Below are positions 21,959 through 33,868 of a stretch of DNA of 64,000 nucleotides, piece by piece. The position numbers and the translations under genes were made by a program. Each line of letters starts with the position of its first letter. Positions within the stretch are counted from its first letter, which is position 1. The notes beneath the pieces were generated by a model. That model was not told the DNA's origin. It searched no databases and saw nothing but the letters and a program-made list of their open reading frames with translations. The stretch is from Paraphysomonas bandaiensis. Lineage: Eukaryota; Protista; Chrysophyceae. The stretch lies in the NCBI GenBank assembly GCA_965644295.1, contig CBFFRP010000283.1, positions 1 through 64,000 of the forward strand. Reading direction: 5' to 3'.

Positions 21959-24900
21959 TATTGAATGTCTTTTTATTTAGCAATAGGCGTTAAAAACCCG
22001 TTCCGATATAGCGGCTAGTTGAATACTAGTCTACTAGTTAGACCTCTACCCATAACTAATCAGCGCAAATTCTATTATCCTACTATTTAACGCTACAGAA
22101 GCTGCTTGTGCGTCGCCGCAAGCACCAAGGTGCAACCACTTCCGTTCTTGATGTTGTGTGTGAGTTCGCCCTGCTCGTGTGTCTGAGGACTCACTGGCGC
22201 GTGTTGTCCGGGGGTCTCCCCTTGGGATACGGTTCCGCCTGACTCTGAGGTACCGGGTTCTGTATTAAGGTCCTGAGTGTACCGAGCACTAGATGTGTGG
22301 ACTGAGAGGTTGATGGTGTGGTGGAATGTGGCGGTGTCGCCATGCACCGTTTGGGCGTTGGGCATAGGTGGAGTTGCCGGAGACGTCGTCGCCTTTGTCT
22401 AGGGCCTGTTGGTTTCATACGGTCCGTTGCTATGGTCCTCTGTGTATGGTTGGTAGGGTTCAGAGGTACGGTGGGCGGTGTTCCAGTCTCGGTTCGTCTG
22501 TGGATTCCTAGTAATCTTAGCACCCTTGGGCGTTTCCGTTTCTGTCTGTGGTTTGGACTCGGCCGCGGTAGTAGCCTTGGGGGGCCTTTCCGTAGGGTCA
22601 CGTATCTTCTTCCGCGATCTTGGATCATGAGCTTTGCTGCAGCGAACAGCGGTAGCAGTAATTTGATGATCGCTGATTCGATGCTGCGCAGTCCTTGGGA
22701 TGTCAGTGATTCATGGATGTGATCTCCAAAAACCATTTCAAGCTGTGTCATTGTGATGGTACCCGTCCAGAATCTCTCCACCTGTGGCACGGAAGGGTTC
22801 CAGGCCCTGCTGGAGAGTCGCTGGAGTACAGTGGTGGTCCATTGGGGTAATTCCGGATTCCTCATTTCTTCTAGGAGCGCGTTTTTGTGGCTGTGAAATG
22901 CAGACTCCCTTATCTGCGTTATGGTGTCGTTTGTGCAGTCTAGACACATATGCTTGAGTGAGTCTAGTCTAAATCCGCAGTCAGAGCATACGGCTTTAGC
23001 CATGTCGAGTCCGTGTTTGGTTTTCGCCCGGTTTCTTCCTATGCTGAAGGATTTGTCCCATGTCAGTGCTGCATTTAGTACTCTTTGGCGCAGGTGGGAG
23101 CTCACTTTGTCCTTTGATGGTCCACCATCTGCTTGCGCCAGTTTGCGCGGAAGTAGTGCTCCGCTGTCTTTCCAGTATCCAGGAGCCCGGTCGGGATTGT
23201 GACCGTAGCGTTGGTCTCGGAGAGCTGTATATGCCTCCAGCGTCCGTTGATTACGGAGGGATTGGAAATCCGTGAGCAGGGGGCTAGTGCGATACGGCCG
23301 TCGTTCCCCAGTTAGGCGCCAGTGCCATAAACCCTCGGTGAGTATTCTCTCGATGGCTTGGTCCACTTCCATGTTACAGACAGTGTAGTTTTGTCGTCCG
23401 AGTAGTCGATCTACCTCAAGCCAGTCCCCTCCTGCTACTGCGTCGGCAATGTAAATTCCTTTGTCTTCATATGTCCATTCAGACTCATCAGAGGTGCGTC
23501 GTTCGGGGTGTGATCGGACCCAGGCTACTGTCCTTGTGCAATCGTTATTTGCTGCAATGCTTTCGAGCAGTACACCTTTGGCACGATGCCCCAGTGCCCG
23601 ACGTCTGGCGGAGAGTGCTTCGTGTGTGCGTATGCAGACGGCCTTACAGTCCGTATTTATCGGTATGTGTGATGGGAGTCGCGCAGACAGTATAAGCGCC
23701 ATTGCTGCTCCCATGAGCTCGTATGCATACGGGCCAAGTCCAGGCACGTCGCTGAAGGGTGTCTCTAATCGCAGTATTTTTGTTGTACCGTTCTTCCATT
23801 CATCCTCCGGGGGGAGCCAGACTGCCGCCGCTCCTCCATAATGTGCCCATCTTGTACGTGGGTTTACATGCGTAATGCGGCGCGGGGATAGGGCTGTAGG
23901 CGTGTATGAGCCGTCGGTGAAGATTGCCTGATATGTATCCGCGGTTACATCATCCAGTTCTAATGTGCGGATAATGTTGATCAGGGTGTTGGTATCTTGA
24001 GGTTCCGGACTGTCGGGTTGTTGGAGAGTAAGGCCAACCTCCGTACCCCATTCCCGCAGAATTAAGGCAAAGTGGTGGTAGTTTGGGTACGGCGCGATAG
24101 TCTGTGTTAGGAGAAAGTGCGCTGCGTCACCGGCATCACCGCCTAGGATTATGGCGCGCTGTAGGGAGCCCCATTTTTGTTCTTGAGCGGAGTCTGAGAA
24201 GCGTTTCATTCCAAGTCCATTATGCCTGAGAGAGAGGTAGATCATTTCCGTGGGGTAACCAGGACTCAGGCTTAGTGCTTTCCTGTAAAGGTTTGCGCAC
24301 GTTGAATCGATGTTCTTGTAATATTGCAGGGGCCAAGAAGCCTTGGTGGCCTTGTAAAGTAGAGTGGGTATGATTTGGGTCTCTATAACCATGACTTTGC
24401 AACCCGCTGAGGCGTGCCTGATCCCAAGGTGTGTGCCCGCTGCCTTTAGGTAGTTTGTACACCAATTGTATGAGTCCGTGTCTGTAGGTGTTAGTGGTAG
24501 ATCCGCCCCCAAATAGTGTATCGATTCATGAGTCGTTTGTATTGGTACAGGTTGGGGTCTCCAATACCAGTCATATAAGGTAATGTGTCCGGTTTGTTTG
24601 ACCTGGGCTAGATTTTCCCGTAGGTGAGGGAAAAAAGTGCAGATAACCTTAGGTACCGAGAGTTCCATTCCCGAGAAGCTGCAGAACGCCGACATTCGTA
24701 TCGCCGTTTCCTGGGCTTGAGTGATAGACACATCTATGGTGGTGATGTCATCCGCGAAGGAGACTTTTTTCTTTGAGTTCGGGGTCAGTAGGAGTGGTGA
24801 TGGTGTAAGACAGATTGCTCTAAGATCTAGGTCTAACCATGTAAGAAGGATATCGTGTAGCGCCACCCAGGCACAAGTGGATTCGGTTCCCCCCTGTGTG

Positions 24901-26429
24901 ATTCCTCTCACGGCCTCAAATCCGAGTACGAACTGTGCAAGGAAGTGTCCGTCGGTAGCTAGAAGTTCTGCCAACGAGCGTGGCTCCATGTTGTTCGCCA
25001 TGAACGGCGTCCATGGGAATGTGAGACCCCCAGCGTCTAATTCTCCAAACCATTCAACCACAGCATCGGGGACACCTAGCCGAGCCCATGCAAGTTTCAT
25101 TAGATTAGGTGTTATGGAGTCGAATGCTTTTTTGAAGTCCCAGAGCGTGCAGATGTGTTGGGCATTGTGACGTCTGGCTGCCTCTGAGGCCGCTAGAACC
25201 CTTAAAATGGCCGTGTCTGTGCCATTTCTCCAGCGATATCCATGTTGGGACGGGTGTAGGATCTGCTGTTCCTCCCACAGACTGTGAGTATCCTGTGGGA
25301 GATTATTCTTGTCAGAATTTTCCGTGATATTTCGAGCAGACCGATCGGTCGAAGGTTGGAAAAAGAGGGTTCTCCTGGTTTCTTGAGTATGGGGGTCATT
25401 ACTCTGTCTCTCCACCAAGTAGGCACGTGTTTGTGCTTCCAGAGCGACTTGATAAGGGTGAATGCTTCCTGTTGTATGGCTGGAGGCCAGGATTTGACCA
25501 TGTTGGATGAGACCATGGAGGGTCCGGGAGCCCGGTTGAAGGATATGGAATGTAGGGTGGAGTAGAATTCTTCGTGCGTGATGTCCTTCTCTAAAGCCTT
25601 TCCGAGTAGGTCCGCCATTTCTGGTTTAACTTTAGTGCATAGTGCACGTCGTAGTCCGTGTTGTAGGGTAAAGGGTATGTGCGAGCACGGATGGAGGGGC
25701 TCCTGGGAAGTCACCGATTGAGGGTCAAGGAGGGTTTTCCACCAGTTGGGGTCGTCCTGTAGTCTTTGTGCGACTGGGTCCAGTCCTGCAGGTTCCGCGT
25801 GGTGGTCTCGAAAGTGTTTGTTGATTCCTTCGTGGATGTCTTGCGGGGTAGTGAGAAGTGTCCCGTCAGTAGTTCTCACTGTCGTTAGTCGAAGTGGCGT
25901 TTTGATTTTGAGTCCTATCTTCTGCAGTACTGCTTGTAGTCTTCTCTGTTCTAGTAATGCTTCCATTTGGTTTGTACGGTCTGTGAGCCTCTTGCGCATC
26001 TCCGTCCTGTCTCGTCCGTGCAAGAGTCCTCGCATTCGAATCACAATGTGTAGAAGGTTCTTCTTGGTGACTTGTTTGGCAGTCCAGCTCAGAATGGCTC
26101 TGGGGTCTGCTGATCGGTAATCATTCCTGAAGTTGATGTCGGCTATTCCTTTCGCAGGTCCCGTGGAGTTTTGGAGGTACGAGTTCCCGCGCTCCTGCCA
26201 GGCGGTGATGAGCGCGTGGATCGGATTGCGTAATGGGGATCCACGCCATCCGTGTCTTTTATATCCAGCTGAGTTAAACATTTTCTGAACTATCTTTATT
26301 ACCATGACCATCCCTTCTTGAATTACCCTCATTTCCGGGGAGAAACCATCTTTAAAATGTGAACGAAGTCGCTGACACCGGTCATGGAGCCTCGTGCGAC
26401 GGCTGTAGCGGGGACCCTTTGCTGTAAGC
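21959..26429 (-). mobile_element. 5'-truncated non-LTR retrotransposon (RT + RNase H + CCHC) with 13-bp TSD
   Basis: TSD GACTTGAATTATT at 21946-21958 and 26430-26442; GC-rich block; ORF begins abruptly at the 5' junction; ~230-nt 3' UTR with no long poly(A). Confidence 0.93.
22191..26429 (-). pseudogene. LINE ORF2 remnant: RT, RNase H, zinc knuckle; one 2-nt frameshift at ~25277-25279
   Basis: RT motifs APGPS, NLRPIGLLE, LHPSQHGYR, DFKKAFDSI, RGITQG, FADD, YLG; RNase H IFTDGS..YELMG..NTDCKA..WVRSHP..IADAVA; CSDC-x8-H-x4-C. ILTV and WEEQQ are joined by removing a duplicated TG. No endonuclease domain is present (truncated). Confidence 0.92.
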
Positions 26430-26894
26430 GACTTGAATTATTACTATGAGACATAAGACTATAGATCCGTCACATTTTATTTCATATGTAAGGCTAATCG
26501 GGTAATCTTGCCAATCCTTTTAGTACCTGATGATTCTATATATAATAAGTCCGTAGAGTTACATGGAGTAATGATTCTTCGTACATGATGGTTTAACACT
26601 TAACACAGTACACAGAACCGCTATAGGCATATATATTATATATCTATTGAGGTTGTCCGTAGTGTTCCATCAACTTATTGGACATTGGACACCCTCATCA
26701 GTCCTTAGCACATTCAGATTTTTGCACAGATAAACTACATTTGCGGTTAATAAGTTAAGATATACTTCTCTGTAAAAGTTGCAATCCATCATGACAGGCA
26801 CGTAAAGATAAACAACAACATAAATCAACAGCAGAGAGTCTCTACCCAGAACAAATATAGCAGTCAAAATATTTCACTAAATATAAACATGAGT

Positions 26895-29800
26895 CTAATC
26901 GATGGATCGAGTGCTTTTACTCATACCACTACTAGTCTTTGCATTCTGCGGGACAGGTAAATTAATTTCTCCAAGAAATCCAATTCCTGATGCAGAAGTC
27001 GCACCCTTGTTTGAGTTAGCAGAGAATGAATTCAACACTCCTGTTGCTTGTTCTATGGCGCGCTGACTGACTGGTACTGATGATCCCCGCCCGGTGCTAA
27101 ATACATGACCGACCTGCAGTCTTTCTGGAGGACAAGCTCTGGGAGGTGACGGCGATGCGTCAGCTTTACGACTGATAGCATGTCCAACGGCTTCCATACC
27201 ATTGGAATTCTTTGATATCGAAGTAGCTGTAACAGGGCCTGACACAGAGGAACCAATCCCTGTGACCGTCTGTTTGGCTAAAGCCCTTGCTCGCTGTTTC
27301 TCTAGCGCGCGGCGCCTATTCTCCTCTATACGAGCCATGGTAGCTGGAGATAGAGGCCTATCGACGGCATTACTAGGAACACTTGAACAAGGAGGAGGCA
27401 CTGAAGAAATATAAGTGAATCCCTGCGAACCCGTGGCATCTATCCTACTCGAATTAGATCCCATATTGACATGAGTATTACCCCCACTGTTCACGGAATT
27501 CGTAATGGAAGCATTGCGTACTCCAGGTTCACCGTGGTCACCGGTCGAGGTGCCCACTGCGCTATTGCTAAAGGAGCCAGTCAAACTGTTACTAAACATA
27601 CTTCGGCTACAACCAGCATCGCCACTATTTTGAGCTGTAGGAATAAACCCATTGCTACTAGCAGCATTCGTCATGGTCTCAATACCATTCTTAGCACTAC
27701 CAGTGGCAGTATTTGTCCCAGTAATATTACGTGCATCTGCATACGTACTACTATCACAACCGGATCCATTATGGATGATATTGACAGATCTAGAGGAAGC
27801 CGAAGGCGGAGCAGGTCCATACACAGCAAAAGGGTTCGCACAAGGAGCGGTAGTTCGCGATACCACAGATGCCGTCTGCTTCTTCTTTTCCACCTCGGTA
27901 TTTTTACATGGAGATGTCGAACTCATAAAACTGTCAATGGTCTTTTGTACACAACTATTTCCACTGCTATTGCTATCCTTTACGCCCGTCCGCGTCCCTG
28001 CTACAGACGTTCCATCTCCATCGATACCTGTTGTAGGTCGTCACGTAATCCCTATGTGACACAAAAAACATACCTACTGTAGCTGCTAGCGTCTTGTTTT
28101 TCCGCTGAATTTGCTCCCATCTAAATCATACAAAAGCCATTACCATAATAGGAGATATATGTCAACACAGAGGAACACTCACACGATATCATCCGAAGTA
28201 CCTTCGGCTAGAATGTACACTATACGGACACTATCGGATTTCTGACCCAACCTGGATAGAAACCACGTCATCAAACGCACACTTTATACAGCATAAACGC
28301 AATCACCTATGTATTCTATCCTCTGCTTGCAGCATGTGTCCAGCTCCCCAGTGAAGCTCGGCAAAAACAGCTACGTTGGCGCTGGTGAAGTTGAGACCCA
28401 TACCGCATGCCGTAATGCTGAGAAGTGCCACCTCGGTCTACAAAATAACTTGAGCCAAATTGGCAATGCTAACGATCATAATGGACATTGTACACATATA
28501 GGATACTGTAGTCGTACCTCTCTGTCCGTCTGAAACCGCGATATTAACGCCCCTCTTGCAGTAACCTGAACTGACCCATCTATTCGGATGTAGCGGACAT
28601 CCATAGCACGCAGGCCCGCCTCTATTGCGTCCATTACTTCAGAATGGTGAGCGAAAACCAGGACTTTACCCCCAATGCTACATGCAGATGGTGTGGTCGC
28701 TGGTGATACAGTGCTGCATGTATCTCTTCGCCCTTTCTTTCTAGGTCCTACACTACTGTTGGAGTAATCCAGCACTTCCCGCCAACTCTTTATAGACTTT
28801 ACGTTCTCTTTCCTCTTTGATGTAGTTTGAAAACACTTCCGCCTCCGAGATCGCTGCATAAAAAATATGTCTCCATCATCATCATCGCCTTGCAGTCGAT
28901 GTTTTGATGCCTCATCTTCTTCGTCAGTGTCCTGCAGGCCTTCGTCATCAGCAGAAGGTAAAACTGACGGGGTGCCACGGGGTTCAGTGAGAATATCCTC
29001 CTCCAGCTCAGATACCACGCCCTCCGTTTTGTCTTGCTGATGTATAGACATCTCCTCTTCGTTGCTATTGTCCCATATACCCAGACTATCTCTATTTGTC
29101 AGGTCTATACTAGTGTCGGCCTCCACAGTATTTTCGATTACTTGCTGCAACTGTTCATTCTCCTGTGACCGACGCGCATCCCTTGCCTCCTGCAACAAGT
29201 TTCGCAATTCCCCCATAACTTTCTTGATCTTGCTCATACCCGTGACTCCGCAGAGCTGATTCATCAGTGTTCTACTCTGAGTACGAAGTATTTCAGCGGT
29301 TTCAGCACTATTCGTCGGGTCTTCTGCTGCGGCCTCCGCAACCCTCATCCGTTCCCGCAACTGTTGCAGCTCCCCGACCTTTTCTGCGTCAGGTTTCACC
29401 CGACGAACTTCGCGCTTCTTGGGAGGTAAACCACGAATTACCTCAGACTTGAGTCGCCGAATCATCACCATGCCTTCTAATACATTTCTGAGCTCCGATT
29501 CGTTACTCGATCCAGACACGTCCATCTTTGTCCCAAACCTGGGCTTCTTGGGATCGCAGTATCTCGAGGTGAACGCATCATAGTCATTAAATACGCCAGG
29601 TAATAGGCCATTGAGTTGGGTGTACAGTTCAACTGGACGATTTACTGCCGGTGTGCCCGATAGACATATCGCCACCTTGGCTTGCTTTAAAAGTGGCAAG
29701 GCTAGAGTAGTCCGCTTGGCTTCCTTAGACTTCAGTTGATGAGACTCGTCCGCTATCACAATACCGAATCTGCAGGCACTAAAAGTGCCTTCAGAGACAA

Positions 29801-30745
29801 GACGCTCCAGAAGTGTGTACGAGGCAACACACACTTTCCCGAACACCCGATCTCCAGCTTTACGTACTACACATACATCTTTAGGCAATAGCCAGCCCGC
29901 ACTGTATGCAGCTATCTCGGACTCCCAGTGCTTCAGAATAGATGGAGGGGTCAGAACTAGTGCTGGTAAATGAGCTCTATACTGCTGCATCACCGCTAAT
30001 GCCTCAAGTGTCTTTCCACAACCCTATGCACAACATTCGATTATAATACCATGGAAACCGCAAGCACTCACCATTTCATCTCCAATCATCGCCCTACCCC
30101 CTCGTCGGATGACGAATTCCAGACACTCCATTTGAAAAGATAAAAGGGTGTCAGCAATGCTACCAAGAAGATCTACGTCTGGTACCGTCGTAGGAAGCGA
30201 TGCAACAAACTTTTTAATTCCGCGTACCAAGAATTTAGGTAATTCTGACACAACAATTCGAGAAGAAAATTGGCTGGAAAGAAGCGTCGATACAATTTGG
30301 TCATACATTGCAAAATCAAAGCTCCACATCCTTAAAGATTCGGTGTATTTCCTGTGCTCTTGTGGTATGGTTTGAAAGAAAGCTACTAACTCTGGATCAA
30401 CAGGACATTGGACATTGAACCATACTCTAAACGGAGGACCTGAAATACCTCAAGTCAATAGAAATTCCACAAAACAAACAGAAATATATAACCTTCTTCA
30501 AACTCGCCACATATCATCTTAGCTGTTATCTTCCCCACCCCGGCTGTTCCCTGAGGACCTGAACTCGACTTGATGCGCTGATATCTGGAAGTCGGTACGC
30601 CGCCGCGTATGGAGTCTTCCACCCAGCAAAAGAACCCACACATGGAAGCTGCACAGGAGTAAAATTGACGACCAAAATTTGGGCTATTCGATTTGGCCAC
30701 AGTGCGGATAACCACTGGTTCAGGAGGGCTGCAAGAACAGTTCAT
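26895..30745 (-). CDS. SMARCAL1/ZRANB3-like SNF2 annealing translocase with N-terminal GRF zinc finger (multi-exon)
   Basis: [32 protein letters not shown]; HARP-like WSFDFAMY segment; [63 protein letters not shown]. Confidence 0.88.
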
Positions 30746-31207
30746 ATCACCACTGGACGGGTGTGAAGTGGACTACAATGAAGGGGATTCGTATATGTAC
30801 ATATAACTCCGCGATATTATACAGTTCTTATCTACACAATGTCTCCTTATGTCTCCTAATGAACATCTCTATATGTGATATATATATCAATAATTAGCAC
30901 TGGATCTGACCATTTGCTCATTGGGACAGTATACTATGGTTATACCGCATATTCAATGACCTGTAGAAGAAGTTAGAAGTGATTCGAAATATTATCCAAT
31001 GATATATGTATATTTTTTATTGATTGGTCATAATGTGCAATGTCGAGAGTTTTATAGTATATTTTTAGAGGCCGAAATGATGTCTCATTGTGGTGTCATC
31101 TATAGGCACCTGTCGATCACATAAATGTTTTGGTAACCGTTCACATCGCGCTGCATATGTTTACTCTTTATGTCCTGCACTCGCTGCTATACGCCTGATC
31201 CTATAAG

Positions 31208-32620
31208 ATGATCATCTTGCAGCTGAACGTATGCGTTCCCATACTATTAACACTCTCACTAGCAGCTGCATTGAGGCCTAACATTATTATTATCCTAGTC
31301 GATGATGCTGGATATGATGATATCAATGGAACTCATAGCCCCACCCCTCATATTAATTCGATAGGAAATAATGGCGTTATTTTTTCTAATGCTTATGTCA
31401 CTGCCCCACAATGCAGTCCGTCGCGACTGGCGCTTCTCACTGGTCGTTATCAACAGCACTTTGGCCATGAAACTAACCTTGAGTTTCTTGTTGGAATGTC
31501 AAATGAAAGCACCAAGATTATTCCGCAGTTTTTGCCCCATGACTACGCAACCGCCATGATAGGGAAATGGAATCTAGGCGATATACCTAATGCGCCGGGG
31601 AAGCATGGTTTCAATGAAACATTTCTTTATCGACATTGCGATGAAGCTTTTGCTCGGAATGAATCATTAATGATTGGCGATATTCCTGTTCGTGGACGGG
31701 AATTCAGTACTAGCCTAATGTTTTCCCGCGCTGAGCAGTTCATAGAACGACAGGTTTCTCGCACTGTACCATTCTTCTTGTATTTAGCTCCAATGTCTCC
31801 ACACGTGCCCCATGTGTACCCACCCTGGTATGCCTCTGTGTTCGAGGCACAGGATCCGTCTCTTCCTCTTCCCCGTCGGCGGGTTCTTACAATGATGAGA
31901 GAGATAGACGATGGGATTGGGAGAATCTTAAAGAGTTTGAAGGACCAAGGGGTTTTCCATGACACGATGATTGTATTTGTTAATGATAACGGTGCCCCGC
32001 ACTTAGGAGGTGGGTCAACTACTACTTCCCCTAATCGACCGTTCAGGGGTTTCAAAGGCGATACCTTGGAAGGTGGGGTGCGTGTCCGGATGCACGTACA
32101 GTGGACCAAGGAAATATTAAAAGGCCAAGTTGTAAACGACCCGGTGAGCTCACTTGATATACTTCCTACTATTGTAGATATTACCCGTTCAAAGCAATCT
32201 GCTCTCAGTGTGCGTGATGGTAAGAGCTGGATAGAATACATCCGTGCTTTCCAGAGGGTTCCCGTGAAGTCACACTGGGACCGAACACTCTTTTGGAGGT
32301 TCCACATGGAGTGTCGGGAGGAAAAGCGGGCAGTGAGAGAGGGCGATTGGAAATGGGTCTGGTATGACCAACAGCAAAGTGACCAGCAACTGTATAATAT
32401 TACTGCGGACGTAAGTGAGTCCCGAAATTTGGCTGCTATGTACCCGGATATTGTCGCAGAAATGAGAACGAAGTACGAGAGGTGGCAAGCTCAGTTTCCT
32501 CCTATTCCACGGAAGCCCAAGTCACAAATAGAGTGTCAGCAGCAGCACAAACATCATATTCACCATGTAACCGTTGCCACACATAACAGGTTTCACACTA
32601 CAATGCAGAAGGGTAGTTAG
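31208..32620 (+). CDS. secreted formylglycine-dependent (S1) sulfatase
   Basis: Signal-peptide-like start; RPNIIIILVDDAG, CSPSRLALLTGRY (CxPxR), IGKWNLG, PHVP, NDNG, RGFKGDTLEGGVRV, QLYNITADVSESRNLA; intronless. Confidence 0.92.
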   Translation: MIILQLNVCVPILLTLSLAAALRPNIIIILVDDAGYDDINGTHSPTPHINSIGNNGVIFSNAYVTAPQCSPSRLALLTGRYQQHFGHETNLEFLVGMSNESTKIIPQFLPHDYATAMIGKWNLGDIPNAPGKHGFNETFLYRHCDEAFARNESLMIGDIPVRGREFSTSLMFSRAEQFIERQVSRTVPFFLYLAPMSPHVPHVYPPWYASVFEAQDPSLPLPRRRVLTMMREIDDGIGRILKSLKDQGVFHDTMIVFVNDNGAPHLGGGSTTTSPNRPFRGFKGDTLEGGVRVRMHVQWTKEILKGQVVNDPVSSLDILPTIVDITRSKQSALSVRDGKSWIEYIRAFQRVPVKSHWDRTLFWRFHMECREEKRAVREGDWKWVWYDQQQSDQQLYNITADVSESRNLAAMYPDIVAEMRTKYERWQAQFPPIPRKPKSQIECQQQHKHHIHHVTVATHNRFHTTMQKGS

Positions 32621-33868
32621 TTAGACCAGCAGCCATGACTTTGAATATTGTATATATTTTTATCACTTTTAGAAAATATATTTATGGACTTTGTTGAGTA
32701 CATATCATTGTATTCGTATCGGAGATGTTTTGCTTGCGATTTAATAGTACAATACCTTCCATCTATGTATTTGTGTGGTATTTCTTAATAGTATGCAATA
32801 GTTCCTGCCACCTACAAATCCGTAACCGTGTTAAATTATACTTGGTTTATAATGGTTGGTTACAGCATATTAAACTGCACACGGCAACAGAGTCTGGAAA
32901 ACGACAGCTGTACAAGACCAACAAACAAGTATGATCAAGTAAGAATCCGAGAACCAAAAATAACATTTTGAATATTACCCCAAAGTAATAAAACATAAAT
33001 AGTGTGGTACTTCTTTCATTTACTACAAATAAAACGCTAGATCAAGCGATAAAAGAGACGTGGCCACGAACTAAATTCTTTCCTCTGTGAAGCTGAAATC
33101 AAAGTTTACGTATCTGTACACGATAACCAATAAATGATAAATGGATCTACGATATACCCTGCCTAGGAGATGAAATTATTCGGTTCGTCGAAATTATGCA
33201 ATCGCTGGACTGGTAAATAGCCATTAAGGCGCCAAGTGAAAGACTCTCTGGTATGTGTCACACGTATACCCAATATCTGTTACACAACTTTCAAACTAGA
33301 TATCTCGCTTGGTTTTCCCGAGTTCAGAGCTGTTTGCAGTGATAGGTGTTGTAGTATATTGCCTGGATAGTCAGAAGTGTATCATGTACCACATAGAAGG
33401 ATATATAGATGATAACGAGAGAGTCAGGATGATTCTGAGTGTGTGAATAATTCCTCGGATTGCATTTTCACTCTCGGAAACAATGCTATAACCATTGAGA
33501 GTGAAGGAATAATTAAATATCTGGTCGCCTTCAGGAGATCTGCATGGATGTGTAGCATGTTCTGTACTCCATACTCCCTCTGCCTGCTATACGCTATAGA
33601 GCAGACGAGTACATATGACACCAAGTGGTATACATTGGAATACAGCTCGTCCTACATTCATATCTAGCGTATCGTTACATCGCTCAGTTGTATACACTGA
33701 TAGATAGAGTTCAGTATGTAAACTGCAGCTGCAGGAGCCCCTCAACTTGAAAGAAAGTGAAGAAGTTGTCATAGGTATGTAGATATCTAGACATCATACG
33801 GTGATAAGCTTACAGTAGAGTCTGTCTGAACAATATCTCATTAATATATTTACATAGACGATAGAGGA

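Noticed and set aside
25202-25418. Programmed frameshift between the two LINE ORFs
   Set aside because: The break lies inside the RT domain and is a simple TG duplication, so it is a mutation or sequencing error.
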